The notes under the pieces are model-generated. The model searched no databases and was not told where the DNA came from. It was given only the letters and a program-made list of their open reading frames with translations. A DNA stretch of 64,000 bases from the NCBI GenBank assembly GCA_037447605.1, contig CM074806.1, forward strand, positions 2,480,001 through 2,544,000. Direction: 5' to 3'. Positions 60,819 through 64,000 of this stretch are shown piece after piece. A program made the position numbers and the translations under genes. Within the stretch, counting starts at the first letter, position 1. Every line of letters starts with the position of its first letter. Source of the DNA: Zygnema circumcarinatum SAG 698-1b (taxonomy: Eukaryota > Plantae > Zygnematophyceae).

Positions 60819-62966
60819 CTAGTCCACATCCTGCATGGGCTGTGCCAAATCCTCGCTGTACTTCCCCTTGCCCTTGTCTGCAGCCCGGCCCTTGCCCTTC
60901 CTGTCCAGGAGAGCCTTGCGGTCCTTGTCAAGCTTCAGCTTCGTAACCACCACCTTTGATGGGTGGATGCCAACATTCACCGTCGCACCTACATCACATT
61001 ACACAACATAAATGAACATGTCAGAACACAAACACACTGTAGAAAGCGAATGCTGAGACAATTTATGACTAAACATTCTAGGACTCAAGAACATACATGT
61101 AATTACACAGGTTGACCTAAAACTGACAGCTAAAAAATAATGCTACGACAGTCTCAAGATATAGACATTCAATACACCAGATGAACCAATTATGAATATT
61201 TATAACACACAGTTACAAAGAAGATAACATCCTGTGGGCATTGACCCAGCCCACACCGTCGACATCATCAATCTTTTGATCTATAATTGTGACTGCTGTA
61301 GTTTATCTGGAACATGGCCCAAAACCAACCCAAACGCTTTCCAGTTGCCTAACTCAATAAGTAGTATAGCTCCCTATGTTATGCGATTGAATTAGTCTCA
61401 TTTTGGACCTTACTGTCATACTGCACATACTGTTCTCATGAGGAGAACTGAACTGACCCCTTACCTGCTTAGTGACAGCTAAGCTACACAAGCCAGCCCA
61501 CAGGATGGGCAACAGTGTGCGTGTGAAACTCCGAACAACCCAAGCTCAATAGGAATGCTTTGCTTTGCAGTTCAGCAAGCAGCATCGTCATGCTAAAACA
61601 CACTCCGAAACGGCAGGACCAACAGGAGGAGATACAGCACAAAAACTTGCAGAACGTGACACTGAAACACGAGTATAGGTTACCCAAGCTTCTTCCTTTC
61701 GTAGTCAAAGCCTGGTAGTAGAAACACTGACAGTGTCTCTCTATGTCTGACGTAACTTCATGACAACACGTGAAAACTAGGTCAAAGAAAGAATGTTGTA
61801 GAATACGACACTAGGGAAAATCCACATTATGAAATTGGTATTGTGATAGACTGCATAGTCGGTTCAACCTAAACCTTCTTCATGGAAACTGGAGTGGAGT
61901 GGACTGCATCTACAGACGAGGGTTATCACAAGAACGAAACATGCAAGGCCAGAGAAATAACCGACATGGTACATGCCCTTTGGATTACTGCTTTGTTTTA
62001 TACAACCTCAATTTCGTACCCAGTTTTCTCTGTAGGCGACTACCATGTCGAAACCATGTCAGATAAAGCACTGCTGTGTACTCAAATATCTATATGTACT
62101 TATGGATGCTCGGATGGAGTAAAAAGAGTGGCAGGTAAGGAGAGAGGAAGTAGCAACGCGCAACAAAGAAGCGGCGTGTTGTGCATACAGAGTTACTATT
62201 TGCAGCCGTTAACTGCGTCAAATTACTCAGGTTACGCGCGTCTTCCCATTAAAGACTCGCACTAAATGCTGCCAACGCTCATTAGCATCAGCAATCCTAA
62301 AACCCTCAATAGGTAACCTCACAATTTTGAGAAAACAACGTTCAGTGGTCTCACCATTGACCTTCTCGCGTGTGATGCGCTCCACATGAATACTCCACTT
62401 CTTTCTGTAGACTTGAACGACCTTGCCCTCACGCCCCTTGTATGTTCCACGAACCACCTGCACCTCGTCGTCCTTCCTGATGGGGACCGATCTCACCTGC
62501 ACCAGAATAGCTTTGACCCTTTAATGACTGAAGAAAGGAACAGCCACATGAACAAATCAAAACATAAATCCAAACAGCCATCCGATTATAAATTGCTCAA
62601 ACAAAAAATGATGGGTTCTGGAGCTGCAGCTCACATTATACTTGTTCTTGAGCTCCGTCGACAGGGCTGCGCTCATAATAATACGGCGCTCACTGCTGGG
62701 AGCAGTAAAATGCGCCTTCCGCGCTTTTCTCCTGGAGGAGCTGACACCTGAGAGCGAGAGAAGCAGGGTTTCAAAAGAACAGCACGCGAGATAGGGCATC
62801 CGTACCAGTCAATGCAACGAGAAAACATCAAACCCTAAAATACAGGTCGAAAAAATTGAGGAGGACGGAGCAAGGCCAGAGGTTTAGGGGCGGGAAGGCA
62901 TGTGCAGGCAGGGTAAATAGCATGCAAGCAGGAAGGAGAAGAGCTCCTACGGGTGCTGAACTTCAT
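60819..62966 (-). CDS. RPL26: 60S ribosomal protein L26 (uL24), 4 exons, 146 aa
   Basis: Exons 62966-62951, 62747-62635, 62496-62355, 60988-60819 (441 nt): [24 protein letters not shown]...[17 protein letters not shown]...[19 protein letters not shown]. Confidence 0.97.
62830..62838. promoter_or_regulatory. Telo-box (AAACCCTAA) in RPL26 intron 1
   Basis: Exact motif. Telo-boxes are typical of plant translation-machinery genes. Confidence 0.55.
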
Positions 62967-63160
62967 GGCGGCGACACGTGTCAGCCGGGGCTGCAGCGCC
63001 TGATGGCGGCGGAGGGGCCGAGGGGGGAGGCGCCGCGGAGAGAGAGCGTCCGTGGGGCTCCGAGGCCGCTTAGGGCACAAACTGCGGGGTACTGCTTCTA
63101 TCTTCGTTCCGCACGTGCCTAAGCCGCAGAGTACTCAATCGCAATATGTATATGGGCTCC

Positions 63161-63242
63161 CCCATGCGGCCATGCCATGACTCATGGTCCCATGCCATGA
63201 GTCATGAGGCTATGCCATAAGGCCATGACCCCATGACATGGA
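63161..63242. repeat. CATG-dense array with a 12-bp inverted repeat
   Basis: Ten CATG in about 80 bp. CATGACTCATGG (63176-63187) is the reverse complement of CCATGAGTCATG (63195-63206). Confidence 0.8.
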
Positions 63243-64000
63243 GCTCCCCAAAGGCCGGCCGTCGAGTGCATTGACATCGATGATGGCGACAGGATGATGG
63301 GCCCCATGGCCATCGCCATTTTGACCTAATTTTGTACCTGGAATGAATGCTGCGGTGCTACACTGCGAAGGCCGCGTCGCACTGCGCATATTTGAGGTTT
63401 AGTTGTATTTGGAAAAACGCAAGATGAGACTAAGGCTTATGGATTCTTTAGTGAGAAGAGCAGGCAGGCGCAGTCAGACGCAGGCGAAAATTTCCTGGGA
63501 ATAATTCTTTTTAGACTACTTTTGAACCGCACAATGGCTGGCCCAGGAGGACGCATTCCTCCCCCACAGAACGGCACGTGGTATCCATTGCATTTGGGGA
63601 CAACCTTTTCTGGAGATAATTCGGCTCAGTATTACACACTGAGATGTATGCAGTTTCTTTCTCTTTGGCCTTTTTTATGTTGATCCCTCTTTGAAACTTG
63701 AAGGTGCCCTCATGTCATGCATTTAAATAAGCCATCAAGGCTCAGCAATGTGAGATGAGCACGATGTAGGCTTGCTTGGTTAAGGGGAGGGGTGAATGCT
63801 CATGCTCATGCTCATGCTTTGTGTGTGTGTGTGCGTTTCTGCCTTTTGCAGATGAGTTTAAACCTGCATCAGTGGATCCTTCAAAGCCCGGTGTGATGAG
63901 AAGTCGGAAGGATAAAAAGGAGGTGGCTGTGGAGCTGCCTAATAATCAGGCAGGGAAGCCAAACGTTGCATTTCAAGGACATAGGGAGCTTTGTCAGGAG

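Noticed and set aside
60989-62354. Intronic snoRNAs in the long RPL26 intron 3
   Set aside because: I scanned the sense strand by eye and found no convincing C/D box pair with rRNA complementarity. H/ACA RNAs cannot be excluded without snoReport or an Infernal/Rfam search.
1-64000. tRNA, rRNA, snRNA genes and transposase/RT ORFs
   Set aside because: No T-loop or cloverleaf, no rRNA or snRNA signatures, and no transposase, RT or integrase motifs were seen in the ORF track or by eye.

Overview
Eukaryotic nuclear DNA from a gene-dense, intron-rich green plant genome. It is most likely a non-seed streptophyte or charophyte-grade alga (inference from gene set and intron style; the species cannot be fixed from sequence alone). 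I can build 11 protein-coding genes: DMXL/Rav1-type rabconnectin-3alpha (16 exons, about 3,022 aa), starch synthase 4, a DUF3007 plastid protein, a GNAT acetyltransferase, a DUF1764 protein, an ankyrin-BTB protein, an aldehyde dehydrogenase, PAM68, cytosolic AsnRS, plastid NAD kinase 2 and RPL26. The first 2.4 kb is different. It holds an intronless Ser/Thr kinase pseudogene broken by a 17-bp triplication and a frameshift, a possible Helitron-type 3' end, and an interstitial degenerate telomere tract. The intergenic DNA carries structured motif arrays: an approximately 60-bp-period G-box/ACGGTCA repeat, a CGAT palindrome field, a CATG array and a polypyrimidine minisatellite. I found no tRNA, rRNA, CRISPR array or transposase. 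I cannot demonstrate a new biological system here; the strongest leads are the left-end pseudogene/telomere junction and the promoter repeat modules. Exon coordinates were read by eye.
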